Shown here one piece after another: positions 19,803-30,272 of a DNA stretch of 64,000 nt (the stretch's first letter is position 1; each line of letters starts with the position of its first letter). The position numbers were made by a program, and so were the translations under genes. The notes beneath the pieces were generated by a model. That model did no database searches, was not told the origin of the DNA, and was given only the letters and a program-made list of their open reading frames with translations. Origin of the DNA: an uncultured Thermoplasmatales archaeon (lineage in GTDB: Archaea > Thermoplasmatota > E2 > DHVEG-1); NCBI GenBank assembly GCA_964612945.1, contig CAZTFR010000006.1, positions 742-64,741 of the forward strand. Direction: 5' to 3'.

Positions 19803-22800
19803 CTATTTATAGTTTTGGAGTTTTTTACCTGGCTGTCTTTTAGGTTTCTGCGAAATCCCAATATGAACTTGTTCTTTATCAATGGTCCATTCTTTTACTA
19901 AATCACCTGAGGGATGATCGGTAAATGACAAGAGCTTCGAGCGTGTTTCCTCTTTTATAAATTCTGTCCAGGGTTTCAGAAGGTTCTGGTGGAATGAATC
20001 TAAATCTATCTGCGTTTGGATTTTTTCCTCAACGTCCAAGGCGAGATCTTTTCTCATAGATTGAATGCGGCGGATTACTTCTCGAGCCAGTCCTTCTGCT
20101 TTGAGTTCTTCAGTCAGTGTTGTTTCTATGAAAAGGGTGGTATCATCTACTGTTTCTTTGACATATTGTGATTTTACCTCTTCGATGATGGTGAAATCGT
20201 CAGCATTTAGCGTTATTGATTGGTTGTCAACTCGCAGAGTAATCGTTTTATCTTTTTGAAGTTGATTGTATAGATTTTTCTTATCTAATCCTTCAAGTGT
20301 CTGTACAATTTTTTTGGCTTGTTGCTTAAATCGAGGCCCTAAAACCGAGTGGTTGGGTTTTATTGTTGTAGTCATCAACGCTTTTGCATCTCGAGTAAAT
20401 GTAATTGTTTTTACATTCAGTTCTTCTTGAAGTAGGTCAATTAGTGGTTTCATCAATGTTTCTTGTTGATTAGAACAGATAATGATTGCTTGTTGTAATG
20501 GATATCTTCCTTTGATTTGAACCTTGGAGCGCACTGCTCGTCCTGCTTCTACAAGTTCTCGAATTTGATGCATGCCTTGTTCTAATTTCTTGTTTATATG
20601 CCGAGGGTTTTCTTTCGGGTAGCGGCAAAGATGGACGCTTTCGGGGTGATCAGTGGATCTGATATTTTGATAGATTTCCTCTGTGATGAAGGGGATAAAC
20701 GGTGCAAGGAGTTGGGTAAGGCCAAGGAAAATTTCATACATGGTTTCGTATGCAGATTGTTTATCCTGAGATTCTTCTTCGTTCCAGAGACGTTTCCGAG
20801 ATCGCCTGAGATACCAATTACTAAAATCGTCGATAACAAATTCTTCCAGCTCGCGGGTTGCTTTGTGAATGTCAAATGTTTCCATATTTGTTCTTACTGA
20901 CTTAATTAGTTGATGAAATGTGCTGGTAATCCATTGGTCTAAAACCGGTTGTTTTTTCTGAGGAATCTTGTTTGTAGTGGGTGTATAGTTATCAAGGGCG
21001 GCATAAGTAACAAAGAAATTATATGAATTCCAGAGGGTAAGAAGGAATTTTCCGAGACTTTCCTTGACTGCTTCTTCGTAAAATCTTGTGGATATCCATG
21101 GCGCATTTGCGGAAAACAGATACCAGCGTAATGCATCTGCGCCTTCGTTATCTATGATTATGTTTGGATCGACATAATTTTTTTTGCTTTTACTCATTTT
21201 TTGATTATCTTTATCAAGGACCAGACCGAGTGTTAGTACGGTTTTGTAGGATGTGCTATCGAAAAGAAAGGTAGAAATAGCAAGAAGCGAGTAAAACCAC
21301 CCACGGGTTTGATCAAGTGCTTCGCAAATAAAATCTACAGGGAAATTATGGGTAAATTTCTCTTTATTTTCAAAGGGGTAATGCCATTGAGCAAAAAAGG
21401 CACTTCCAGAGTCATACCAGCAATCAATTACTGCTGATTCTCGAGTCATTGAGCTTTTGCATTTTGGGCAAGTAACGTTGAGTTCGTCTACAAAGGGTTT
21501 ATGTAAATCATAGTCCTTGGGAAATGTTGTGCTACGATCTTTGAGTTCCTGAACACTTCCTACGCAGAGCATATGGTTGCAGTTCTTGTTATCGCAGGTC
21601 CAAATCGGCAGCGGGGTGCCCCAATACCGATCTCGGGAGAGGGCCCAATCTTTTACATCCTGGATGAAATCACCAAATCGGCCTTGTTGGAGGTGTTTTG
21701 GAAACCATCGTATTTGGTTATTGTTTTTAGTTAGCGATTGTTGGACTTTTGACATGGCGATAAACCAGGATTCCATTGCGTAATACAATAAGGGGGAATC
21801 GCATCGCCAGCAGAAGGGGTATTCGTGTGTGTAGGTGTGAACTCCGGAGAGATGTCCTCGTTCTTCAAGGTAGTCAATAATTAGGGGATCTGCATCTTTG
21901 ACAAATTGCCCTTTCCATGGTTCTACCTCGGGTGGAAAGGTTCCATCGAGTTTTACAAGTTGTACCACCGGGAGATCATACTTACGTCCAATGGTATAAT
22001 CATCTTCTCCAAAGGCAGGAGCAATATGAACAATTCCGGTTCCATCTTCCATGGTGACAAAATCGGCAAGGATGATATACCATGCTTTTTTGTCAGGTTT
22101 TGCGTAAGAAAATAAGGGCTCATATTCAATGTTTTTCAGATCTCTTCCTTTGTATGAATTGATGAGCTCGTATTCTTGTCCCTTTAACAGATGAGCTGCT
22201 CGCTCTTCAGCAAGAATGAGGGTTTCTCCTTGATGGGTAATGCGTATGTAGGTTTCATCAGGATGGACTGCAAGAGCGACATTGGAAATCAGAGTCCAGG
22301 GTGTCGTAGTCCATGCTAAAAAGTATGCATCCTCCTTTTTTAGTTTAAATTTGACAAAAATTGATGGATCCTCAACAGTTTTGTATCCCTGTGAGATCTC
22401 ATGGGCGGAGAGCGCGGTACCACATCGGGGACAATAGGGTACAACTTTGTGTCCCTTGTAGAGAAGATTTTTTTCAAATGCTTGTTTTAACGACCACCAA
22501 ACCGATTCGATATACTCATTTTTTAGAGTAATATAGGGATGGTCCATATCAAGCCAGAAACCAATTCTTTGGGTTATATCTACCCATGCCTGTTCATATT
22601 TGAATACTGATTTTTTGCATTCATCATTGAACTTTTTGATTCCATACTGTTCTACAGATTGTTTGTCATGAAGCCCAAGTTTTTTTTCAACCTCAATCTC
22701 AACAGGTAGACCATGAGTGTCCCAACCTGCTTTTCGGAGAATATAATGTCCCTGCATGGTCTGATATCTGAGAACACAATCTTTCATAACACGTGTGAGA

Positions 22801-22988
22801 ATATGTCCGGGGTGGGGCAGACCATTTGCGGTCGGAGGGCCTTCTAAGAAAAGAAAGGGCAGCGCCTGTGATCTTTCTTCAATAGATTTTTTAAAGATAT
22901 TTTTTTTCTCCCAGAATTGCTGTATATTATTTTCAACAGCTTGTGGATTATATTTTGATGAAAGGGGTTGAAACATAGAGTTGTTCAC
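19803..22988 (-). CDS. ileS: Isoleucine--tRNA ligase
   Basis: 1061 aa with HIGH-type PHPGH, KMSKS (KMSKSKKNYVDP) and a CP1 editing insertion. Confidence 0.92.
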   Translation of the reverse strand: MNNSMFQPLSSKYNPQAVENNIQQFWEKKNIFKKSIEERSQALPFLFLEGPPTANGLPHPGHILTRVMKDCVLRYQTMQGHYILRKAGWDTHGLPVEIEVEKKLGLHDKQSVEQYGIKKFNDECKKSVFKYEQAWVDITQRIGFWLDMDHPYITLKNEYIESVWWSLKQAFEKNLLYKGHKVVPYCPRCGTALSAHEISQGYKTVEDPSIFVKFKLKKEDAYFLAWTTTPWTLISNVALAVHPDETYIRITHQGETLILAEERAAHLLKGQEYELINSYKGRDLKNIEYEPLFSYAKPDKKAWYIILADFVTMEDGTGIVHIAPAFGEDDYTIGRKYDLPVVQLVKLDGTFPPEVEPWKGQFVKDADPLIIDYLEERGHLSGVHTYTHEYPFCWRCDSPLLYYAMESWFIAMSKVQQSLTKNNNQIRWFPKHLQQGRFGDFIQDVKDWALSRDRYWGTPLPIWTCDNKNCNHMLCVGSVQELKDRSTTFPKDYDLHKPFVDELNVTCPKCKSSMTRESAVIDCWYDSGSAFFAQWHYPFENKEKFTHNFPVDFICEALDQTRGWFYSLLAISTFLFDSTSYKTVLTLGLVLDKDNQKMSKSKKNYVDPNIIIDNEGADALRWYLFSANAPWISTRFYEEAVKESLGKFLLTLWNSYNFFVTYAALDNYTPTTNKIPQKKQPVLDQWITSTFHQLIKSVRTNMETFDIHKATRELEEFVIDDFSNWYLRRSRKRLWNEEESQDKQSAYETMYEIFLGLTQLLAPFIPFITEEIYQNIRSTDHPESVHLCRYPKENPRHINKKLEQGMHQIRELVEAGRAVRSKVQIKGRYPLQQAIIICSNQQETLMKPLIDLLQEELNVKTITFTRDAKALMTTTIKPNHSVLGPRFKQQAKKIVQTLEGLDKKNLYNQLQKDKTITLRVDNQSITLNADDFTIIEEVKSQYVKETVDDTTLFIETTLTEELKAEGLAREVIRRIQSMRKDLALDVEEKIQTQIDLDSFHQNLLKPWTEFIKEETRSKLLSFTDHPSGDLVKEWTIDKEQVHIGISQKPKRQPGKKLQNYK

Positions 22989-23216
22989 CAGAATGCTGCT
23001 TTATTGCCGGGTTGTTTTTATTGAGTGAGTTAGATGGGGAAGTTCTCCTTTTGGCTTGGCTGTATTTCAGCTTTCGCTTAATAATGTTTCTATCTTACAT
23101 CAGTGCAGTTGTATACTGTTTTTTTTCAATCTGACATTCTACCAGGATACCTTTATATATAGAAAGTGCTAAAAATCAACATGCTATGAATTAACATAAA
23201 ACGAGAGGTGAGAAAA

Positions 23217-23603
23217 ATGAATAATGATGTCATCAACGAGGCACTTGATTGGCTTGAAAATGAGATTCAATCTCTTCGAAAAGAAATAAACACCCGCTCA
23301 GAAACGATAAGTTCTCTTGAAAAGCTGGTCAATGATTTGAAAAGCTACGAAGATAATGTGGAATACAAGGAAAAATATGCTGAAACAAAAAAGAAATATG
23401 AACAAGAAAAGAATCAAATTGAAACGTTAGAGAAAGAACGGAATGATCTTCGTTTTGAGATTAAAACCTGGCAAGACTGGTTTGATTCCAACAAGGAACT
23501 CTTTGACCGCTTACTAAATGCTGGCCCTCCTAACACAAATGGGAAAAAGGATACTTTCAAACAAACACCAGTTAAACTCCCTAAAATTAAAATTAAACGC
23601 TAA
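23217..23603 (+). CDS. Coiled-coil hypothetical protein
   Basis: Heptad-rich E/K sequence. GAGGTGA Shine-Dalgarno site 6 nt upstream of the ATG at 23217. Confidence 0.5.
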   Translation: MNNDVINEALDWLENEIQSLRKEINTRSETISSLEKLVNDLKSYEDNVEYKEKYAETKKKYEQEKNQIETLEKERNDLRFEIKTWQDWFDSNKELFDRLLNAGPPNTNGKKDTFKQTPVKLPKIKIKR

Positions 23604-23892
23604 TTCTCTTTTTTTTCCTTATTTTTGCTTTACCAACAGTATATTCCCTTTTTTCATTTCATTTTTTATATATTTTTTTATGAAAAGTGCCTAATAATAC
23701 GCAGCTTAGAAAAACAAATGTTGCATTTATACAAGAGGGCAAGTTTTATATAACATAATTGCATAATTAGCAGTGATGTTGGATTGGAGGAAGGGTTTGA
23801 TTTTTCTTCTTCATATTTTCCCCTAAGAGAATCCCCTTCCTTCTCAATTCTACAATGTTCTCCCATGAATAATTGTTATTCTAAAGGATTTT

Positions 23893-25122
23893 TTAGCTGT
23901 TAAGAACACAGACGGGTCCAAGAAAAATCCCTGTGACTTGTTCATGAATGTTTCCGGCCCACACTGAAACAGTAAAGGATCCAACACTCAGCAGTCGTGG
24001 GTTAGAGAGATGGATCTGTCGGTGTCCCTGTGTAGGAATAGTCCCCGATTCTTCGACAAGCTGTTCAGAACGAAATAAATAGAGATACGAATTTGTAATT
24101 TCAAAATCAAGATCATCTGAACCATTTTTCCGAGTGTCATGTAAGTCAATAGTCAGACCAAATCCACCCTGAATCAGTATCAAACAATAAGGTTCTTTTG
24201 TAGGATATGGATACATCAAGGGGTACTGATCTTGTGTATTCCCCTCAGCGACCACATACGGTACATCCCCAATTGAATCATTATCTGTGTCATTTCCTTC
24301 ATAATCATCCCAATAGTTTCCTCCGGAAGGATACCCATCATCCCAACTATTGCCGTTAGGATCATACGCATTACTCAATTGATTTGAAAGAAAATTGTTA
24401 TGATACAGCTGATTGTTGGTGCAATATGCGCCAAGCATGATACCGTTTTGCTGATTGTTTGCAATGATATTTTCAGATAAAATTGAATTTTTTGTTTCCC
24501 AGAGATACATGCCATTTCCATCATTAGAAGACACGGTGTTATTTCGTATGATAATCTCTGACGAAAATTCTACTCGGATGCCGTGATAGCCATTTAAAAC
24601 AATACGATTATCTGAAAAAGTATTATTTGCTGTTGATTCTGCAAAAATACCATTTCGTGCTTGGGTGATAATATTATTGTAAATCTTGTTGTTATTACTA
24701 AGCACTCGCACTCCTGCTGTCGACCACGTTCCTCCACAAAATCGTACAGTAAATCCGTAGAATTGACAGTCATCTGCCACTATCGTAACCACATCACCAG
24801 AGTTTTCACCATCAATCACTGTAGTAGTCTGGTTTTCCCCTTGAATGGTTAATGCCTTATTTATATTAATTCGTTCTAAATACGGTGATGAGTACGAAAA
24901 AACAAAGATGTGATCACCCGGAGTTGACGCATCAATAGCTTCTTGAATCTGTGAAAAATTTTCTGGCCCTGATCCGCCAACGTATAACTTGTTACCTTCA
25001 ACATACAATGCAACAACTATCTTATCCTCCGAGTAGCCGGGCAATGCCAGCAAGAGGAAAACGCTAAAAACTAAAGAGAAAAGTATTACTTTCTTCAAGA
25101 AATATCTCCAACAAAGAACCAT
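23893..25122 (-). CDS. Secreted right-handed parallel beta-helix repeat protein (NosD/pectin-lyase fold)
   Basis: Signal peptide, then tandem repeats of about 22 aa such as NNIITQARNGIFAESTANNTFSDNRIVLNGYHGIRVEFSSEIIIRNNTVSSNDGNGMYLW. Confidence 0.7.
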   Translation of the reverse strand: MVLCWRYFLKKVILFSLVFSVFLLLALPGYSEDKIVVALYVEGNKLYVGGSGPENFSQIQEAIDASTPGDHIFVFSYSSPYLERININKALTIQGENQTTTVIDGENSGDVVTIVADDCQFYGFTVRFCGGTWSTAGVRVLSNNNKIYNNIITQARNGIFAESTANNTFSDNRIVLNGYHGIRVEFSSEIIIRNNTVSSNDGNGMYLWETKNSILSENIIANNQQNGIMLGAYCTNNQLYHNNFLSNQLSNAYDPNGNSWDDGYPSGGNYWDDYEGNDTDNDSIGDVPYVVAEGNTQDQYPLMYPYPTKEPYCLILIQGGFGLTIDLHDTRKNGSDDLDFEITNSYLYLFRSEQLVEESGTIPTQGHRQIHLSNPRLLSVGSFTVSVWAGNIHEQVTGIFLGPVCVLNS

Positions 25123-25183
25123 AGAAACACAGCGGTATATAAATTTATTGACGGTAAAAAATCAATTTATCTAAAAAAATATT

Positions 25184-25197
25184 AACATACAGTAGTT
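25184..25197. repeat. Left IS end: target-site duplication AACATA plus terminal inverted repeat CAGTAGTT
   Basis: Read directly. Mirror image of 26556-26569. Confidence 0.65.
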
Positions 25198-26563
25198 AGG
25201 CAAGTACGGGAGAAAACATCGACATTGGTTGCTTTATCGTCAATATCTTTGGATAGTTCTAATGATTGTCCAGTTAACCGTTCCATGATGCACAAACAAT
25301 TTCTCCTTAAAGAACACCTGATTTTTAATCTAGCTACCGCTAACTATGCTTTCTGTTATCGACCAGAAAGTTGATCTGAAATGATATCTTTGAACTCAGG
25401 TAAGATCACAACATATTTTCTCTTATACCCGTGGAGTTTCACACGTAGTATTAGGTTGCATAACTGCCACAAATTATACAAGAAGATGGATAGCAGTTGG
25501 AAAAGTAATCGTACCGAGTACTGTTGTGAACAGGTTTTTCCCCTGACTTCTTCTTTGACGCGTTATCCAGTTTCTATCCCCCAGCGGTTTCGGTAGCTTT
25601 CTGCAAGTTCCAATGCATTTTCCAGGGTGACAGGAATGTTGGTGACGTAGGCAAACTCATCAAGAGATTCTCCAGGTTTCTTTGATGGATAGAGAATCAC
25701 GACAAGGGTGGTAGAGACTGTCTTTTTTCCCGTCTTCATCGTATATGATCTAATCAGTGCATACGATTTTGTCTCAGGGATATTTACCCCTTGATGATGT
25801 GCTGAGATGATAAATTCTTTGATTTTGCTATTGTGATCTGCTGGGATGACAAACTGAATTGGGAGGCTGAGAAGGGTGGTTAAAGATTCTACGTCAAAGA
25901 ACTCAATATCCAAAAACAATCTGCTGATAACAACATGGATTCTCGCTTCGGTAACAAGATACGTGAGTATCTGTTTCTTAGCGGTGAATTGGTGTAGGGG
26001 AAGTACTGCAAGAGTGAACCGTCCGTTGGTGTTTACACATTCGACGCTGGCGTATCCCTGTCCGAAATTCGTTCCCCGCACCCTCTCCATTGCAAGGACA
26101 TGGAGATCTCTGATTTTCCCATACCATGGTATTTTATGAATATCCAAACCACATTGGATAGGATTGGTGAAGATACCTTGTTGTGCTGCTTGGACTAACA
26201 AATAGTTGTTCACCTGGTTGAAGGTAGAAAATACTTGTTTGGTGTTGAGTTTGTTCAAATGATAAAACACATCGTCGTCGGATGGACATTTCTGTTTTTG
26301 TTCCTGAAGTCTCTTTGATCCATAAGCAACATAGACATTGTGTGTTATAGAGAATAACACATTTTTCAGGATGTCCTCCTTTGTAAAAGTACAGTTATTT
26401 GCCATGTGCAATGGCAAAGTAGTGGTGAAATCATTTTTGAGAGATTTATTAAGAAGCTTGCTTATGTCTTTATGTGTATATTTTGGTGAGTGCATAATCA
26501 TCCCAAATATGAATATCACTCACTCATATATACACTATTTAGTGTACGCTTTCGGAACTACTG
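25190..26563. mobile_element. Insertion sequence (IS4/ISH3-type), structurally complete but with an inactivated transposase
   Basis: Terminal inverted repeats CAGTAGTT (25190-25197) and AACTACTG (26556-26563). Directly flanked by identical AACATA hexamers (25184-25189 and 26564-26569). Single transposase reading frame inside. Confidence 0.7.
25356..26519 (-). pseudogene. DDE transposase (IS4/ISH3-like) interrupted by an in-frame TAA
   Basis: The 318-aa track ORF ends ...YRNRWGIETG-TAA at 25563-25565. The same frame continues RVKEEVRGKT...LYNLWQLCNLIL... for 68 more codons to a TAA at 25356-25358. The stop sits where the Y/F of the Y-x-x-R-x-x-x-E signature region (RWxIETxYR) is expected. Confidence 0.7.
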
Positions 26564-26569
26564 AACATA
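26556..26569. repeat. Right IS end: terminal inverted repeat AACTACTG plus target-site duplication AACATA
   Basis: Read directly. Mirror image of 25184-25197. Confidence 0.65.
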
Positions 26570-26621
26570 AGAAAAACCTTAAAGAAGACACAACTGATAA
26601 GGGATTGAGAAGGAATCTGAT

Positions 26622-27065
26622 ATGCCTCGTGTTCAGCAACAATTTAATACAGATAAATACAGACGACGGTACCTTCGTTTTTCCCTCATTATCTTTCTAC
26701 TCGCCATTATTTTTATCATCTGGATTGCAATTCTTATAGGAAGTATCTATTATTTAGGCTATGGATATAAATATGCCGGGCTTACCATGAATCAATGGAT
26801 TATTAGTATCACCGGAATTATTAGTTTTTTTGTAATTGTAGAGCTTATTTTTATTATCCATTACCATCATATCAAACAAAGAGCAACTCCTAAGATTCAC
26901 CCAAAACAACGATATTTCAAGGGAAAACGGTTGCATCGTTATAGCCTTCCATCTGATGCGAAAGGGGGCTTATTTAGTAACACCTATGTTGTTATTGATG
27001 ATCGAAATATCTTAAATCTGCGTTATCAAGTACTTGCTCCTGAGAAACTTTGGAATCCGAAATAA
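26622..27065 (+). CDS. Hypothetical membrane protein
   Basis: 147 aa with two or three hydrophobic helices and a basic tail. No motif recognised. Confidence 0.4.
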   Translation: MPRVQQQFNTDKYRRRYLRFSLIIFLLAIIFIIWIAILIGSIYYLGYGYKYAGLTMNQWIISITGIISFFVIVELIFIIHYHHIKQRATPKIHPKQRYFKGKRLHRYSLPSDAKGGLFSNTYVVIDDRNILNLRYQVLAPEKLWNPK

Positions 27066-27077
27066 TATGTATTTTTT

Positions 27078-28175
27078 TTACTTTTTTAGTAATCCCATTT
27101 GCGCATACTTTTCAGGTAGATAGGTATCAGTTACATAATCAAGCCCATATTTGGCGAGTGCCTGTTGCTCTGATTTTTTTCCTAACTTGATCTGCAGTTT
27201 AATCTCTTGTTTCCAAAAACGATCTTGAAACCGTGGATCAGAAAGCTCACTTTTCAATGCATGAATATCTTCTTTTGTTAGGGTATCGGTGGGAAGCTTG
27301 TAATTTTCAATATCTGAAGGGGTCACTCCAAGATATTGAGCTGCAGGTGTTGCCAGATACTCAGAAATATGAGCGGTTTTAATTGCACCATAGGCTACAC
27401 TTCCGTAAATCCGGTAACTCCAAGGGTCACAATCTGTAAAAACCATCACCGGAATTTTTTTTTCTTCATGTAATCGTTTGATAAACCTACGAGTTGATCG
27501 AGCAGGTTGCCCTTTTAAATGCACAAGAATAGTACGAAATTGGGTGTCGAATCTGTTTTCGACAAGCCGATCAAACATACCACCTGTTTCTACTGCAAGG
27601 ATACAGTCAGCATCACAGGTTTTGAATCGAATTTTCTCCGGTTCCATATTATAGGGAATTGAATAGCCGGAATCTCCGACATCATCCTGACAGTGAATTC
27701 TTTTTTTAGTCTTATTGCGTGTGGTTTCTTCGATGATTACATTTCCCATTACTCGGGCGCCGTCTTCTTCAGGTCGCAGTTTAAAATCCTCCCGCATGCA
27801 CCCAGTGATTACTTCTAAATCTTCAGCAAGTGAATCCGATTCAGGCTGCGAGTGAAACTTTGCCATGTCCCATCCTTCCGAGATATAATACATTTCTCGA
27901 AGCGTTGAGGATTTTTTTGCATTGATCATCCCTTTGATAAAATCAACCATGTACATGGTACGAAGCAGCATATATGCTCCATCAAGAGATTTTGCAGTCC
28001 GCTCAGATACATTAGTGCCATATTTCCACACATTGAGTTTGGTGTCAAAGGTGATGTTTGACTTTGTTCTCGTGGGGAGCTGAAGCGAAGGAATATTTGC
28101 ATTTTGTAAATCGGAATGTAATTTTGAAGCAATTGTATCAATTTTTTTAATTACTTCAGAATAATCTTTAGGCAT
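27078..28175 (-). CDS. top6A: DNA topoisomerase VI subunit A (Spo11-like)
   Basis: LREMYYISEGW (catalytic Tyr region) and Toprim FTDCDPWSYRIY. GGGAGGGAG Shine-Dalgarno site upstream of the ATG at 28175. The track start at 28205 is a GTG lying upstream of that SD. Confidence 0.9.
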   Translation of the reverse strand: MPKDYSEVIKKIDTIASKLHSDLQNANIPSLQLPTRTKSNITFDTKLNVWKYGTNVSERTAKSLDGAYMLLRTMYMVDFIKGMINAKKSSTLREMYYISEGWDMAKFHSQPESDSLAEDLEVITGCMREDFKLRPEEDGARVMGNVIIEETTRNKTKKRIHCQDDVGDSGYSIPYNMEPEKIRFKTCDADCILAVETGGMFDRLVENRFDTQFRTILVHLKGQPARSTRRFIKRLHEEKKIPVMVFTDCDPWSYRIYGSVAYGAIKTAHISEYLATPAAQYLGVTPSDIENYKLPTDTLTKEDIHALKSELSDPRFQDRFWKQEIKLQIKLGKKSEQQALAKYGLDYVTDTYLPEKYAQMGLLKK

Positions 28176-28179
28176 GTGT

Positions 28180-30126
28180 TTAGTCTCCCTCCCATTTATT
28201 AGCACCTATCACATATGAGGGGTTGATTTGTTCAACGTATAAATCATTTTCATCAAAATCTCCTTTTTGAAGTCCTGCTAGTTCAAAACACAAATCTATC
28301 TTACCAACAGGAGGGATTTCTTTCAGATTCCATTTTAAAAATCGGCTTGTTTGCTTCACCGGTTTTGGCGAAACAGATCCCACCACAGCATCCTCAGGTA
28401 TTAGAGCATACAAATTAAAGTTCTGAGGTTTATTTTTATAATTTGCAATGAGAATATTACTTTTAGTAATCCACCCGTGATCTATTTCATCAGATTCTGC
28501 TTGAAATAGTGTAGCCTGCTTTGGTGCTCTGTCAATTTGTTCATATTCGATGACATCTTCAATCCAGACAACATCCATGATTTTTGTGATAACGGCATCA
28601 AGATCAGGAACAGGTTTCTTGATCATAGATGATGATTTCTTTGCAATCTCGGGAAGAATCTTGGTGATCAACTCAAATTTTTCCCGTGTTTTTTTTCTTC
28701 GTACCTTTTTGTGTATATGCCGTTGGACTTTTCGTGCACATTCTCTGAAGGCAAGCTTGATTTCATTCTCAATTTCTTCAATATCGGCAATTGCCTCCTT
28801 GCTTTCCGAAGTAAATGGTATCATGGTTGATGAGATATGCGTTAAAAAAATTGCAGGGCCTGAGGGAACTCCTTTACCAGAAGGTTGATCAAATCCATAT
28901 CTACGCCAGTCAATAGTGGTAATTGCTTTAGTGGAGACACAATCTCCTTGCTGATATAGAAGCGGCACACGATTGGCAAATCGAAGAAGCCGTACCGAGG
29001 TGTCCTTTGGTAGTTTTCCTCCATAGACAATCCCCACTTCTACCTGAAACGGATTACCGGAATGCACCGAAGTAGGTCGTGAGGCAGTAACAATAAACTC
29101 GGGTGATATTTCCTGTGTTTCATGTTTGAGACTTCGTTTGATTAACATTTCTCCAATCGGGGATAAACACTCAGTTGGTGGGGCCATGATTTTCACTTTT
29201 TGAAAAGCCCGATGAAGTTGTAGAAATTGTTCCCGGCTCATTTGCTTTGGATTTAATGTGAGATCAAGTTGTGCTTTCTGACACACGGCATTAGTGGTAC
29301 GATCACCCATGCTGCTAAACTCTGTTTTTAAAAATGAAGACAACCGTCTTGCTTTTGAGGTTTTGGCAAGTTTAATAAGCGTTCCCAATTCGACACCATA
29401 CGGATGAGGCTTGATTTCTAGACTCTTTTTTGGCAATACTTCAGTGGTACGCTCAAACAGATGTGTTGTACCCTCCGCATCACGATACTCTATTTGGGCA
29501 TGCGGATTAACTATGGAAATGCTTTGCAGATAATCATAGACAAAGCGTTTCCCACGAATGTAATTTCCAATAATATGTATTGTAATACGAGTGCCTGAAG
29601 GCTTGTCCCATTGCTTGGTAGCCCTGCTGATGACTTCTGATCGATTCTTATTGGTATCAATGGCTATTTCCTGTACTGCTGCCGGGCGATCCTCCTGAAT
29701 CTTTGACATAATCGAAGCATGTTTGCCCGTGGTCAACTGTCCATAGAGTACCACTGCAGAAATTCCGATTCCTTGCTGTCCACGGCTCTGTCGTATCGTA
29801 TGAAACCGGGATCCATACAACAAGCGTCCAAAAATATGCGGAATCTGGCGACTCACAATCCCTGGTCCGTTATCCTCGATAGTTAGAGTAACCTCATCAT
29901 CGGAATGATTATTGATTTTCACAAAGATATCAGGCAAAATCCCTGCCTCTTCACAGGCGTCCAGCGCGTTATCAACACCCTCTTTTACACCTGTTACAAG
30001 AGCACGGGTGGGATTGCCAAATCCAAGGATGTGTTTATTCCGCTCAAAGAATTCCGCAACCGATATTTCCTTTTGTTTTTTCGCCAGTTGATGTGCTATT
30101 GGTGCAGCCAAAATAGGTCCCTCCAC
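28180..30126 (-). CDS. top6B: DNA topoisomerase VI subunit B
   Basis: GHKL ATPase motifs EGVDNALDA and EDNGPGI, transducer domain; 648 aa, immediately upstream of top6A. Confidence 0.9.
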   Translation of the reverse strand: MEGPILAAPIAHQLAKKQKEISVAEFFERNKHILGFGNPTRALVTGVKEGVDNALDACEEAGILPDIFVKINNHSDDEVTLTIEDNGPGIVSRQIPHIFGRLLYGSRFHTIRQSRGQQGIGISAVVLYGQLTTGKHASIMSKIQEDRPAAVQEIAIDTNKNRSEVISRATKQWDKPSGTRITIHIIGNYIRGKRFVYDYLQSISIVNPHAQIEYRDAEGTTHLFERTTEVLPKKSLEIKPHPYGVELGTLIKLAKTSKARRLSSFLKTEFSSMGDRTTNAVCQKAQLDLTLNPKQMSREQFLQLHRAFQKVKIMAPPTECLSPIGEMLIKRSLKHETQEISPEFIVTASRPTSVHSGNPFQVEVGIVYGGKLPKDTSVRLLRFANRVPLLYQQGDCVSTKAITTIDWRRYGFDQPSGKGVPSGPAIFLTHISSTMIPFTSESKEAIADIEEIENEIKLAFRECARKVQRHIHKKVRRKKTREKFELITKILPEIAKKSSSMIKKPVPDLDAVITKIMDVVWIEDVIEYEQIDRAPKQATLFQAESDEIDHGWITKSNILIANYKNKPQNFNLYALIPEDAVVGSVSPKPVKQTSRFLKWNLKEIPPVGKIDLCFELAGLQKGDFDENDLYVEQINPSYVIGANKWEGD

Positions 30127-30272
30127 AAGATTAACCTAGTTTTGCATCCATGGAGGTAATTAGAAAATACATTATAAAAGTATCTTAGAGCCGTGAAAGT
30201 ATTCGAGAAGAATATTTATAAACAAAAATCCTCTTTGCCATAAAAAAAACCATTCTCCTTATGAGGATTGCA

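Noticed and set aside
22989-23207. Possible regulatory leader (riboswitch or T-box-like) upstream of ileS
   Set aside because: I could see no conserved structure or specifier-like elements. T-box leaders are bacterial, and the region looks like an ordinary AT-rich divergent promoter spacer.
25563-25565. Possible stop-codon reassignment (TAA read as Tyr) in the transposase
   Set aside because: TAA terminates many well-delimited housekeeping genes in this window at the expected protein ends. A nonsense mutation in a decaying IS is the simpler explanation.
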